This document shows, one piece after another, positions 47,032 to 58,600 of a DNA stretch of 64,000 nucleotides. Position 1 is the first letter of the stretch, and every line of letters begins with the position of its first letter. The stretch lies in the NCBI GenBank assembly GCA_002269645.1, contig NIVC01001258.1, positions 62,001 to 126,000 on the forward strand, in the 5' to 3' direction. The position numbers and the translations under genes are program-made. Under the pieces are notes generated by a model. The model saw only the letters and a program-made list of their open reading frames with translations. It was not told the origin of the DNA and made no database searches. Origin of the DNA: Macrostomum lignano. Taxonomy: Eukaryota.

Positions 47032-47518
47032 GTTCTTTGATTTGGCCATTTCTTTCCGTCTTGTGTGTGTCTAAAATCTGACAAAATGTTTCTGGTTGTG
47101 TCTACCGGCATTATTTGATATTAAATTTAGTCATTATACTACTACTACTACTATATACACGCATTAGTTTGTGTTCCTAAAAGAAATTGCATGCACTATT
47201 GTTTATTATAATAGTAATATAAATAAGCTTTATTGTTTGCCAGTATAGTGTAGTCCTATCTTTAAGACTGAAATTCTAGCTCCCCACAGTGTTAGCCAGC
47301 TGTCTCTCTCAAGCCCTCGCAGTCACTCTCATTTGTCACTCGCTTTCTTCAAATTGTTTCAGCCAGCTCGGTAATAATTATTGCTCTACAATAAATAAAC
47401 CTGTGGGGCGAATGCTGCAGAATAAAAATGCCGGTTTCACGCGACTTCTTGTTTGTGTTAGACTTACTTCACAACTGTATTGTGTATTAATTGGTAAAGC
47501 TATGGTATAGCTATATTG

Positions 47519-48805
47519 CTCCTGTAGGCTGCCGTGTTCTCTTTGTGGGCTGCTGTGTTCTCCCCGTCTATCCTGTAGGCTGCCGTGTTCTCCCCGTCTA
47601 TCCTGTAGGCTGCCGTGTTCTCTTTGTGGGCTGCTGCGTTCTCCCCGTCTATCCTGTAGGCTGCCGTGTTCTCCCCGTCTATCCTGTAGGCTGCCGTGTT
47701 CTCTTTGTGGGCTGCTGCGTTCTCCCCGTCTATCCTGTAGGCTGCCGTGTTCTCCCCGTCTATCCTGTAGGCTGCCGTGTTCTCCCCGTCTATCCTGTAG
47801 GCTGCCGTGTTCTCCCCGTCTATCCTGTAGGCTGCCGTGTTCTCCCCGTCTATCCTGTAGGCTGCCGTGTTCTCCCCGTCTATCCTGTAGGCTGCCGTGT
47901 TCTCCCTGTGGGCCGCTGTGTTCTTCCTATCCCTCTTGTAGGCTGCCGTGATCTCCCTGTCCATCCTGTAGGCTGCCGTGCTCTCCCTGTCCATCCTGTA
48001 GGCTGCCGTGATCTCCCTGTCCATCCTGTAGGCTGCCGTGATCTCCCTGTCCATCCTGTAGGCTGCCGTGATCTCCCTGTCCATCCTGTAGGCTGCCGTG
48101 ATCTCCCTGTCCATCCTGTAGGCTGCCGTGATCTCCCTGTCCATCCTGTAGGCTGCCGTGATCTCCCTGTCCATCCTGTAGGCTGCCGTGATCTCCCTGT
48201 CCATCCTGTAGGCTGCCGTGATCTCCATGTCCATCCTGTAGGCTGCCGTGCTCTCCCTGTCCATCCTGTAGGCTGCCGTGATCTCCCTGTCCATCCTGTA
48301 GGCTGCCGTGATCTCCCTGTCCATCCTGTAGGCTGCCGTGATCTCCCTGTCCATCCTGTAGGCTGCCGTGATCTCCCTGTCCATCCTGTAGGCTGCCGTG
48401 ATCTCCCTGCCCATCTTGTAGGCTGCCGTAATCTCCCTGCCCATCTTGTAGGCTGCCGTGTTCTCCCTGCCCATCTTGTAGGCTGCCGTGTTCCCCCTGT
48501 CCATCCTGTAGGCTGCCGTGTTCCCCCTGTCTATCCTGTAGGCTGCCGTGTTCCCCCTGTCTATCCTGTAGGCTGCCGTGATCTCCCTGTCCATCCTGTA
48601 GGCTGCCGTGATCTCCCTGCCCCTCTTGTAGGCTGCCGTGTTCCCCCTGTCCCTCCTGTAGGCTGCCGTGATCTCCCTGCCCCTCTTGTAGGCTGCCGTG
48701 ATCTCCCTGTCCCTCCTGTAGGCTGCCGTGATCTCCCTGCCCCTCTTGTAGGGTGCCGTGTTCTCCCTGTACATTCTGTAGGGTGCCAAGATCTCCCTGT
48801 CCCTG
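47519..48805. repeat. 30-bp minisatellite immediately upstream of the EHBP1 start exon
   Basis: Unit cctgtaggctgccgtgatctccctgtccat, ~43 copies in blocks of variants; ends ~30 nt before acceptor ccgcag| at 48837. Confidence 0.97.
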
Positions 48806-48844
48806 CAATGCTCTTGTCCATCTGTCCATTCCGCAGGCCTAACA

Positions 48845-51800
48845 ATGAGCGTCTGGAAGCGGCTTCAGCGGGTCGGCAAGAAGGCCGCGAAATTCCAGCT
48901 GACGGCCTGCTATCACGGCCTGACCGTGGAGTGCGGCCGCGCCTACCAGCCGCACCGCCTGGTGGTGGTCTGGACCCGGCGGAACCGGCGCTACTCCACG
49001 GACCCGGCCGTGTGGACCGCCAGCCTGGCCAACCCGCGCCAGTGCTGCGTGTCCTGGGAGCCGCCAGAGAACGTGGAGATCACTTCTATTCTGTATCGCG
49101 ATCCTAAGCGAGCCGAATACGAGAGCAAGGAGTGGACTTTTGTGGTGGAGGACCAGATGGCCAACGGCAGACGGAAGGCCATCGCTTCGCGTCCGGTGGA
49201 TCTGCAGAAGCTGTGCGTTAGCAACGGCGAGGCCAAGCAGACTCCTCTGACAGTGAAACTGAAGCCCGGGAGCAAGAAGGTGAGGCCCTCCTCTCCTAGC
49301 CTTTCGACTTTTCATTTCAGATCCTCAGCTGCTGGACCAGCCTCCCAGATCCTCAGCTGCTGGACCAGCCTCCCAGATCCTCAGCTGCTGGACCAGCCTC
49401 CCAGATCCTCAGCTGCTGGACCAGCCTCCCAGATCCTCAGCTGCTGGACCAGCCTCCCAGATCCTCAGCTGCTGGACCAGCCTCCCAGATCCTCAGCTGC
49501 TGGACCAGCCTCCCAGATCCTCAGCTGCTGGACCAGCCTCCCAGATCCTCAGCTGCTGGACCAGCCTCCCAGATCCTCAGCTGCTGGACCAGCCTCCCAG
49601 ATCCTCAGCTGCTGGACCAGCCTCCCAGATCCTCAGCTGCTGGACCAGCCTCCCAGATCCTCAGCTGCTGGACCAGCCTCCCAGATCCTCAGCTGCTGGA
49701 CCAGCCTCCCAGATCCTCAGCTGCTGGACCAGCCTCCCAGATCCTCAGCTGCTGGACCAGCCTCCCAGATCCTCAGCTGCTGGACCAGCCTCCCAGATCC
49801 TCAGTTGTTGGGCCAGCCTCCCAGATCCTCAGTTGTTGGGCCAGACTCCCAGATCCTCAGTTGTTGGGCCAGACTCCCAGATCCTCAGTTGTTGGGCCGG
49901 CCTCGCTCGCAGATCCTCAGTGAATTTTCATACACAGCTATCAGTGTTGGTCACGCCCATCGCTTTTCTCCATGCACCTGCCAGGTGACGTCAGTGACGC
50001 TGTCCCTGACCCTGCACTCCGTGCTGCTCGACAAAGAGAGAGACGCCCAAGACGAGGACATGGTGTCCATTGCCTCTCTGATGTCTCTGAATGACAGCCG
50101 GCGAGACTCCGGCGGCGCTGGACGAGGCGGCGCCGCAGCGGCGACGGGCGCCGGCGCGGGCGGCAGCTCTGAGATCGCCAACCTGCGCGACTTTGACGAC
50201 GAAGTTGACGTCCCGTCACCCAGCGACAACGACGCCAGCTTCAACCGGCTGGTCGAGCGCCTTCGCGGCCTCGACGCCGACACCGAGGCAACCGGCGGCG
50301 CGGCTGTTACCGCTGCTGCTGACGATGAATCGCCGGCCGGCACGCCGACTAACGACGGCCACGCGGGCAAGATTGCTGGCGTTGCTGCGGCCGCTGAAGC
50401 AGCCTTCGTCGCGTCGCCGGCCTCTCCGAGCTTGCCGTCTGCAGCAACAACAGGCGGACATGCCGTCCCCACGGAGGTGGTCGGCTCGGCGGCCAGTCAG
50501 GTGACATCTGTTTGTCTTGTCACTTTTCTATCTAGATTTTATGCACCTATCTAAGCACTCTTCTAAGCACTCTTCTAACTATTCTTCTGTGCACTCCTAG
50601 CGACTCAATCCCTTTCCGAGCATCTCCCAATCAAGCCCTCTCGCTCCACTAGCGCCTGTCACTACTCGTCTAAGCACTCCCCCCTCTTGCTCTTCTAAGC
50701 ACTCTTTTAGGCACCCAATATCTGTGGACATAGTAACCATCGCCTTATGTACTATCTCAGGATTTGCTCGCCTGGGCCCAGTCCGTCACAGCCGGCTACA
50801 GAAACAGAGGCGTATTCGTCAACAATCTCACGACATCGTTTCGTAACGGCCTGGCCTTCTGCGCCATCATTCATCATCACCGGCCCGACCTGCTGGAATT
50901 CGCCGGGCTGAAAGCGCACGACTTGCGCGAGAATAATAGGCGGGCCTTTGAGGCTGCTCACCAGCTGGGCGTGCCGAGGTAATAAGCTGTTTATTTTTTA
51001 TAGAGATCAGATTCTCCCTGATTGGGAATCACCCGTCTATTATAGAGATGGGATTCTCCTGTCTGTTATAGAGATGGGATTCTCCCTGATTGGGAATCAC
51101 CTGTCTGTTATAGAGATGGGATTCTCCCTGATTGGGAATCACCTGTCTATTATAGAGATGGGATTCTCCCTGATTGGGAATCACCTGTCTATTGTAGAGA
51201 TGGGATTCTCCCTGATTGGGAATCACCTGTCTATTGTAGAGATGGGATTCTCCCTGATTGGGAATCACCTGTCTATTGTAGAGATGGGATTTTCCCTGAT
51301 TAGGAATCGCTTGTCTATTATAGAGACCAGGGATCCCAGTAACCAGGGATTACCCACCTTGCAGGGATTCTCCATTGCTGGGGATCACCTGTTCATTAAG
51401 GATGAGATTCCCCCTAAGCGGGAATCCCCTGTCCACCAGATATGCTTGCACCTTCGCCCCCAACCTCTGCAGGGTGATGGACCCGGCCGACATGGTGATG
51501 AAGACCATCCCGGACCAGCTGCTGGTGATGACTTTCCTGCACCAGCTGCGGGCGCATTTCACTAATCAGGAGATTCGCCTGGTGTCCCGTCTGGCCTCGT
51601 CGGAGAGCAGCTACACCCTGGCCCAGCCGGATGAGGACAAGGATGCTGATCACAGCGATGGCAATGGTGATAATACGGACCATACTGATGAAGCTAAGAA
51701 GCTGCAGACTACTGCTAAACAAGTCGACCAGGCCTCAGGACAGGTGGTCGAGCAGCAACAGCAGCAGCAGATGCCGAAATCGAAAACCGACTCCGCCGGT

Positions 51801-53328
51801 TTGTCGACAGCCACCCCCGCCGCCTTGCCGACAAGTTCGAGCGCCGGCCGCGGTTTCAAAGAGCTGCGCCGGGAACGCGACCGCGATTTGGCTACGCGGG
51901 CCGCCAAGGAGATCCGCCTGCTGAGCAGCTACAACACTGACGGCACCGTCCGGGATCAGGTGTCGGCCGGGTCGGCCGTACGGCAGAGCGGCGCCAACTT
52001 CCAGCTGAAATCCGACGCCAAATCGGCAGCCAAGAGCGGCGCTGCTTCGCTGAAGAAGGCCGACGAAGAGAGGAAAAGAGGTTTCAGCGGCGATGAGGAG
52101 AAAACCGTGGAGGATGCTGAGGACGAGGACAATGATGAGGACGCGGCCAGGCCGTCGTCAACGGTGCTGTCGAATTTCAACCGGGTGCTGGACACTTCCG
52201 CCTACGTTGCTTCGGAGAGGCTGGCTTTGGAAGCGGAACAGAGCGACATCGACAGTCAGGCGGAGGTGCTGGAGAAACGGCTGCGCGGCGTGCTGTGCGG
52301 CTCCAGCGGCTCCAAGGACGAGGAGCAGCCCCTGCTGACCCAGTGGTTTCAATTGGTTGGTTGATGCTGTTTATTATTGTATGCCAATATAGTGAGATTA
52401 CGGTGAGATATGATGAGATAGCTACATAGGGTGAGATTTTGAAATTCAAAGCTACATAGGGTGAGATTTTGAAATTCAAACCTAAATAGGGGTGAGACTT
52501 TGAAATTCAAAGCTACATAGAGGATGAGATTTTGAAATTTAAAGCTACATAGGAGTGAGATTTTGAAATTCAAAGCTACATATAGGATAAGATTTTGAAA
52601 TTCAAAGCTACATAGGAGTGAGATTTTGAAATTCAAAGCTATATATGAGTGAGATTTTAAAATTCAAAGCTACACAGGAGTGAGATTTTGAAATTCAAAG
52701 CTATATAGGAGTGAGATTTTAAAATTCAAAGCTATATAGGAGTGAGATTTTGAAATTCAAAGCTATATAGGAGTGAGATTTTAAAATTCAAAGCTACACA
52801 GGAGTGAGATTTTGAAATTCAAAGCTACATAGAGGATGAGATTTTGAAATTTGAAGCTATATAGGAGTGAGATTTTGAAATTCAAACCTCAATAGAGGTG
52901 AGATTTTGAAATTCAAAGCTAATTACAGAGATTAAATGACAAATTCGAGATTTTTGTCCTATTAAAGTCACAAATCCTCACAAACGTGATCCCAGGTGAA
53001 CAAGAAGAACGCGCTGATCAGGCGGGCCCGCCAGCTGGACATGCTGGATCAGGAGCAGGACCTCGAGAAGCGCTACCGGATGCTCGAACTGGAGCTCCGC
53101 GGCGTCATGAGCGTAGAGGATTGGCAGAAAACCGACGAGGAGCGGCGCCGAGAGGACCTGCTGCTGCGCGACCTGATGGACATTGTGCGCAAGCGGGACG
53201 AAGTGGTCCGCGAGATGGACCTGCACGAGAGGGAGATTGTCAAAGACTTGGACATCGAGCGGAAGGCCATGGAGCGGCTGAACAGGGGCAGCGGGGCCGG
53301 TAGCGGCCGGACTTGCTCCGTTCAATAA
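48845..53328 (+). CDS. EHBP1: EH domain-binding protein 1 (NT-C2, calponin homology, bMERB, CaaX), ~794 aa, 5 exons
   Basis: Exons 48845-49279, 49985-50500, 50761-50978, 51473-52355, 52996-53328 (2385 nt, phases consistent). MSVWKRLQRVGKKAAKFQ; DLLAWAQ...NLTTSFRNGLAFCAIIHHHRPDL; PDQLLVMTFL; QWFQL|VNKKNALIRR...KRDEVV; C-terminal CSVQ. Confidence 0.96.
49318..49918. repeat. 28-bp minisatellite (family copy 3, inverted) in EHBP1 intron 1
   Basis: Unit gatcctcagctgctggaccagcctccca, the reverse complement of the 30-32 kb family. Confidence 0.95.
51000..51320. repeat. 42-bp minisatellite in EHBP1 intron 3
   Basis: Unit gtctattatagagatgggattctccctgattgggaatcacct, ~7.5 copies. Confidence 0.93.
52410..52922. 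repeat. 31-bp minisatellite in EHBP1 intron 4
   Basis: Unit gagtgagattttgaaattcaaagctacatag. Confidence 0.93.
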
Positions 53329-53439
53329 TCGGTCTTTTAGCCTGGAGTTTCTATCCGGCATCGCATCGATTTGTTGATTTCGTTGCTTTTTCACTCATTC
53401 TAAGCCATGCTGATCAATTTGAAGCTATCGTCTTCAAGA

Positions 53440-53705
53440 ATCCCCCGCGTGGACCCTAAATCGCCCCTGAATCGTCTTGAAGAATCGCCCCCAAATCGCC
53501 TTCAAAAATCTCCCTTAAATCGCCTTGAAGAATCGCCCCTAAACTGCCTTCTAGAATCGCCCCTGAATCGCCCCTAAATCGCCTTCAAGAATCGCCCCTA
53601 AATCGCCTTCAAGAATCGCCTTCAAAAATCGCCCCTAAATCGCCTTCAAGAATCGCCTTCAAAAATCGCCCCTAAATCGCACTTCAAGAATCGCCCCTAA
53701 ATCGT
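53440..53705. repeat. Degenerate aatcgccc-rich tandem repeat just 3' of the EHBP1 stop
   Basis: aaatcgccttcaagaatcgcccct-like units; the core is the reverse complement of gggcgatt. Confidence 0.8.
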
Positions 53706-54524
53706 GTAATTCCGTGCAGTTTATACCTAATTTTCCATGATTTTCATGCTTATAATCATTTTTAAAACGAAGCAGCCTACATATTCCCGCACTTATGCTT
53801 CATCCCGATCTCTTTTCTATTCTGTTTTGTAAAGTTTTGATGATTTTTATCAACGTGTCCGACAAGTCGATTCTTTCTTAGAAAGATATCGATTTCTTCT
53901 GCACATTTCTGCTTCAAGTATTTGCTTTCCCCGTCAATCTAGATGTACAGTCAGACTGTTTTTACATAGATATTCATATCTACTGGCATATATTTTAATA
54001 GATTCTAATTTTTATTATACAATCAAATTTGACTTCGCCTGTAATCTGTGTGCAATATCGTTCAACATGTACAGGTAGGCTCTGGCTTTGTTAGCGTATA
54101 TTTTAGGATGACGGTTACACCACTCTAGGCTTCCACAGTGTTTGAAGGAACTTCCAGCTCTTGATAATTCTAGTATTTTATATGGCCGCCATAGCAACTA
54201 TTGTTACTGTCACAAAGCTGACTGGTGAAGCAGTAATTCTCTTATTTGGTGGTTTAGCCACACATTGGAATAACTGTATGTCACTTACAAAACTGCACTC
54301 GTCTACTCTTTTTCAGTAGCAAAATAAGCGTTTTTTGCCTTAATATAAATATTTAGTAAAATTAAATAAGTTACTTTACAGATATATTAAAGTTTTAAAG
54401 CTGCAACAATTGCCTCTGGCTTTCTTCAAGCAGAGCATCTTCTAGCATCTTCACCCTGTTTGAAGCTGCACCCAACTGTGCGTGAGCATAGCGAGCAAGA
54501 GATAGGGGTGGCGCCACAGCCACC

Positions 54525-54715
54525 AGCCAGGTCGATGAACAGTTTGGCTTTCCTCTCTCCCCGCTTGTGTCTTGATTTTGACTTCTCTCCTTACTGCTCT
54601 CTTATTGGCTGAGCTAGATTTGGCCTTGCCCCCCCCCCCCCAGGCAAAGTTTCGTCCGTCTGACTTTGACCTCTCTCCTTACTGCTCTCTCATTGGCTGA
54701 GCTGAGGCCTGCCCA
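54525..54715. repeat. Second copy of the 81-bp-unit dispersed repeat
   Basis: aacagtttggctttcc...ctctccttactgctctctcattggctgagct twice, matching 17325-17690. Confidence 0.75.
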
Positions 54716-55698
54716 CCCCCATTGAGTTAAAAGTTTTTGTTCAATGCTCTTGAGGAAGGAAATCAATTAAATTTTAGCAGCAATATTAATTTTCAGTAAC
54801 AATGCGCAGGCAAACTACTGAAAATAAGTTGACGTTCTGCGTTTTTCACAATATTTTAAAACTTTTTTTGCCAGTGACATATCTACCGTGGTCCGTAGTT
54901 TTTTTCTAAGATCTGTTTTTGACTTGTCAATGAGTAATGGACACTAACTTCGCTATTTATAGAAATACAATGACATAACACATACTCCTGTAACTTTAAA
55001 CTAAACACAGCATTCAGAATTTTTCTTTTATATAAATAAAAAATCTACATTTCCCCATACTACTCTACTAATAGTAGATATAAATTTACATTTTTTCTGC
55101 TTTTAATTGGCATGCATTAATTAAATAAGATGAATAATACAACTTGTATTTATTATTAATACATAAGCGAGCACCGACCACAGGGAGGAAAGAATTGAGA
55201 ACACAAAATAATAGTCAACAATAGATCAACAGAACAATATTAACAGCTGGCATGACAACAACAGTAGTAATATATAGACTAGTAGTAAGTAGGCTCTCAA
55301 CAGAATTGAATAGCAATACAATTCTCAGGTAGTTAAGGCACGTGTGCAATTCACGCATCAAAATAAACAATCAAGACAACGCTTTACAGTAAGGTTACAT
55401 TATTTTAATGGCGAGATTTTTTCTATCCATGTAAATTGACTTAAAAGTAAAACGCAACATTTGCAGAACATACTACTGAAGGTAGCCGCACAGAATTCAC
55501 AATGCGGAATCAAGGCGTTACTAGCCAATTCTGAAATTGAAAAGGGTAGTTAATTTGCTCATCAAATATCAGTAAAATTCAATAGTTTTTTGTTAAAATA
55601 AACCAATCACCAAGCAAATTCGGTATAACAAAAGCAACCCAAACACCGGAAAAAATAATTATTCTAAATGCAAACATAGACTTGGGCTAGGTTTACCT

Positions 55699-58600
55699 TC
55701 ACGGAACATGCATCTGTCGGGTTAAGTAGAGTGTGAATCAAATATACCTCTGTGCCAGTGTGGTCAATTCAATTTAATGCCTAAGTTTTATAAAGACATT
55801 CGAATATAGACATGTGTGCTAAAGTACAAACCTTGTGGAGATTAATAAGTTTGTAGTAAGATAATATTTTGAAATAGGACACCATATAAGGTGAGATTTT
55901 GAAATCAGATACCACATGGAGTGAGATTTTAAAATTAGACACCATAGTGAGATTTTGAAATCAGACCCCATGCATAGTAAGATTTTGAAATCAGACCCCA
56001 TGCAGAGTGAGATTTTGAAATCAGACCCCATAGTGAGATTTTGACATCAGACCCCATGCAGAGTGAGATTTTGAAATCAGACCCCATAGTGAGATTTTGA
56101 CATCAGACCCCATGCAGAGTGAGATTTTGAAATCAGACCCCATAGTGAGATTTTGAAATCAGACACCATGCAGAATGAAATTTTGAAATTAGACACCATA
56201 CAGAGTGAGATTTTAAAATCGGACACCATACAGAGTGAGATTTTGAAATCGGACACCATACAGAGTGAGATTTTGAAATCAGACACCATACAGAGTGAGA
56301 TTTTGAAATTGGACACCATACAGAGTGAGATTTTGAAATCGGACACCATACAGAGTGAGATTTTGAAATCGGACACCATGCAGAGTGAGATTTTGAAATT
56401 AGACACCATACAGAGTGAGATTTTGAAATTGGACACCATGCAGAGTGAGATTTTGAAATCAGACACCATACAGAGTGAGATTTTGAAATCGGACACCATA
56501 CAGAGTGAGATTTTGAAATTAGACACCATACAGAGTGAGATTTTGAAATCGGACACCATGCAGAGTGAGATTTTAAATCGGACACCATGCAGAGTGAGAC
56601 TTTAAAGAGTGAGATTCGATCATCTAGCCAATCAAAACCAATTCTCAGCGACACTCACCGCTGCCCTTTTGCCTTCGTGGTCCATGATCTGCTGAATTTG
56701 GTAGTCTGTGAACTTCAGCACCGTGCAGATCACCCTGGCCAAGGTCTGGAAGCGAATGTTTTGTTTTACTAAATTAGTTAAATTCAGCATTATGTTAGAA
56801 ATGAAAACTAAGAAAACTCACCTGAGTCTTCTCACCGAGCATGTACTTGTACAGCACATTTCTCAGGTATTCCACCTCGGGAATGTCGGTGAATGCGCGG
56901 GTCTTGTGCCGGTCGGGCCTGCTGCTGGCTACCGGCGCTGGCGGCTGCGGGGGCGGCGGCTGGGGGCCGCGGGTTCGAAGCTCGGACAGCTCGGAGCTGA
57001 CGCTCATCAGCTGCTTCTGTCGGGTGCGGTGGAGGGTAATTGAGGGACTCCGTATGCAGGCAGTAGCGCGATCTCAAATCAAAGTCCCACATCAATCCCA
57101 TTCCCCATCAATCCCATCCCCCATCAATCCCATTCTCCCTATCAATCCCATCCCCCATCAATCCTATTCCCCATTAATCCCATTCCCCCCATCAATCCCA
57201 TTTTCCCCATCAATCCCATTTTCCCCATCAATCCCATTCCCCCCATCAATCCCATTTTCCCCATCAATCCCATTCCCCCCATCAATCCCATTTTCCCCAT
57301 CAATCCCATTTTCCCCATCAATCCCATTCCCCCCATCAATCCCATTTTCCCCATCAATCCCATTCCCCCCATCAATCCCATTTTCCCCATCAATCCCATT
57401 TTCCCCATCAATCCCATTCCCCCATCAATCCCATTCCCCATTGCTATGGCTTGGCCATAGATATGAATTTGAGCACAGGCTGCTCTTTATTTTTCTAAGT
57501 TGAACTACTATGCGCATGCGTTAAAAAGTTAAGTTATATAAAAAAGAGAGCTCGAAAAGCTCGGCTCAGAACTGAGCGAAAATACATGTAACTAGGCAGC
57601 TGCGAGCTGCAAATCCGACAACCTTAGCCTCAGCCTCCGAAAGCCTCAGTCATAACACCCATCAATCCCATTCCCCATCAATCCCATCCTCTCCATCAAT
57701 CCCATTCCCCCCATCAATCCCAATCCCCATCAATCCCATTCCCCATCAATCCCATTCCCCATCAATCCCATTCCCCATCAATCCCATCCTCTCCATCAAT
57801 CCCATTCCCCCATCAATCCCATTCCCCCATCAATCCCATTCCCCATCAATCCCATCCTCTCCATCAATCCCATTCCCCCATCAATCCCATTCCCCCATCA
57901 ATCCCAATCCCCATCAATCCCATTCCCCATCAATCCCATTCTCCCATCAATCCCATTCCCCCATCAATCCCAATCCCCATCAATCCCATTCCCCATCAAT
58001 CCCATTCTCCCATCAATCCCATTCCCCCCATCAATCCCATCCTCTCCATCAATCCCAATCCCCATCAATCCCAATCCCCATCAATCTCATTCCCCATCAA
58101 TCCCATTCCCCCCATCAATCCAAATCCCCATCAATCAGTCCCATTCAGGTAAAATACATAGCATGGGTTAAAGCAATAAGAAACGCAAGATGCCCACCTG
58201 CAGATCTGCAGCGTACATCTTGACTGCCTCATAGTCTTCAGCACTAACGCTGTCCCCGGTGTGCCTGCCGTCGCTGCAATAAAAGTAGGGCATGAAGTAC
58301 TTTACTGACAGGCACTCAGATAGATAAAATCGGCTTCACTTACACAGCAGCAGTTCTGAGTTCGTCAACTTGACCAGCCAGGCCGTGCAACCAATGAGAG
58401 CCATTGTTCTCAGTCGATAACGCAGACTTGATAGCGTCCTTGAATTGAGAAATTTGAATTGTTTTTTTCTTAGAAAAGCTTGTGAGAATGGAAAGCTACA
58501 GCAGGTGCGTGTGTGTCCTCGTATTTCCGAGTGGAAGATTTACCACAAAGATTCCAATTCCTCCTGTGCATAGATTTGCACCCAAAACCGGTTTTGTTAG

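Noticed and set aside
47491-48829. Long ORFs with YPVGCRVLPV / AAYRMDREIT / QDGQGDHGSL repeats
   Set aside because: The 30-bp unit is a multiple of 3, so frames stay open on both strands; the true EHBP1 start follows an acceptor at 48837.
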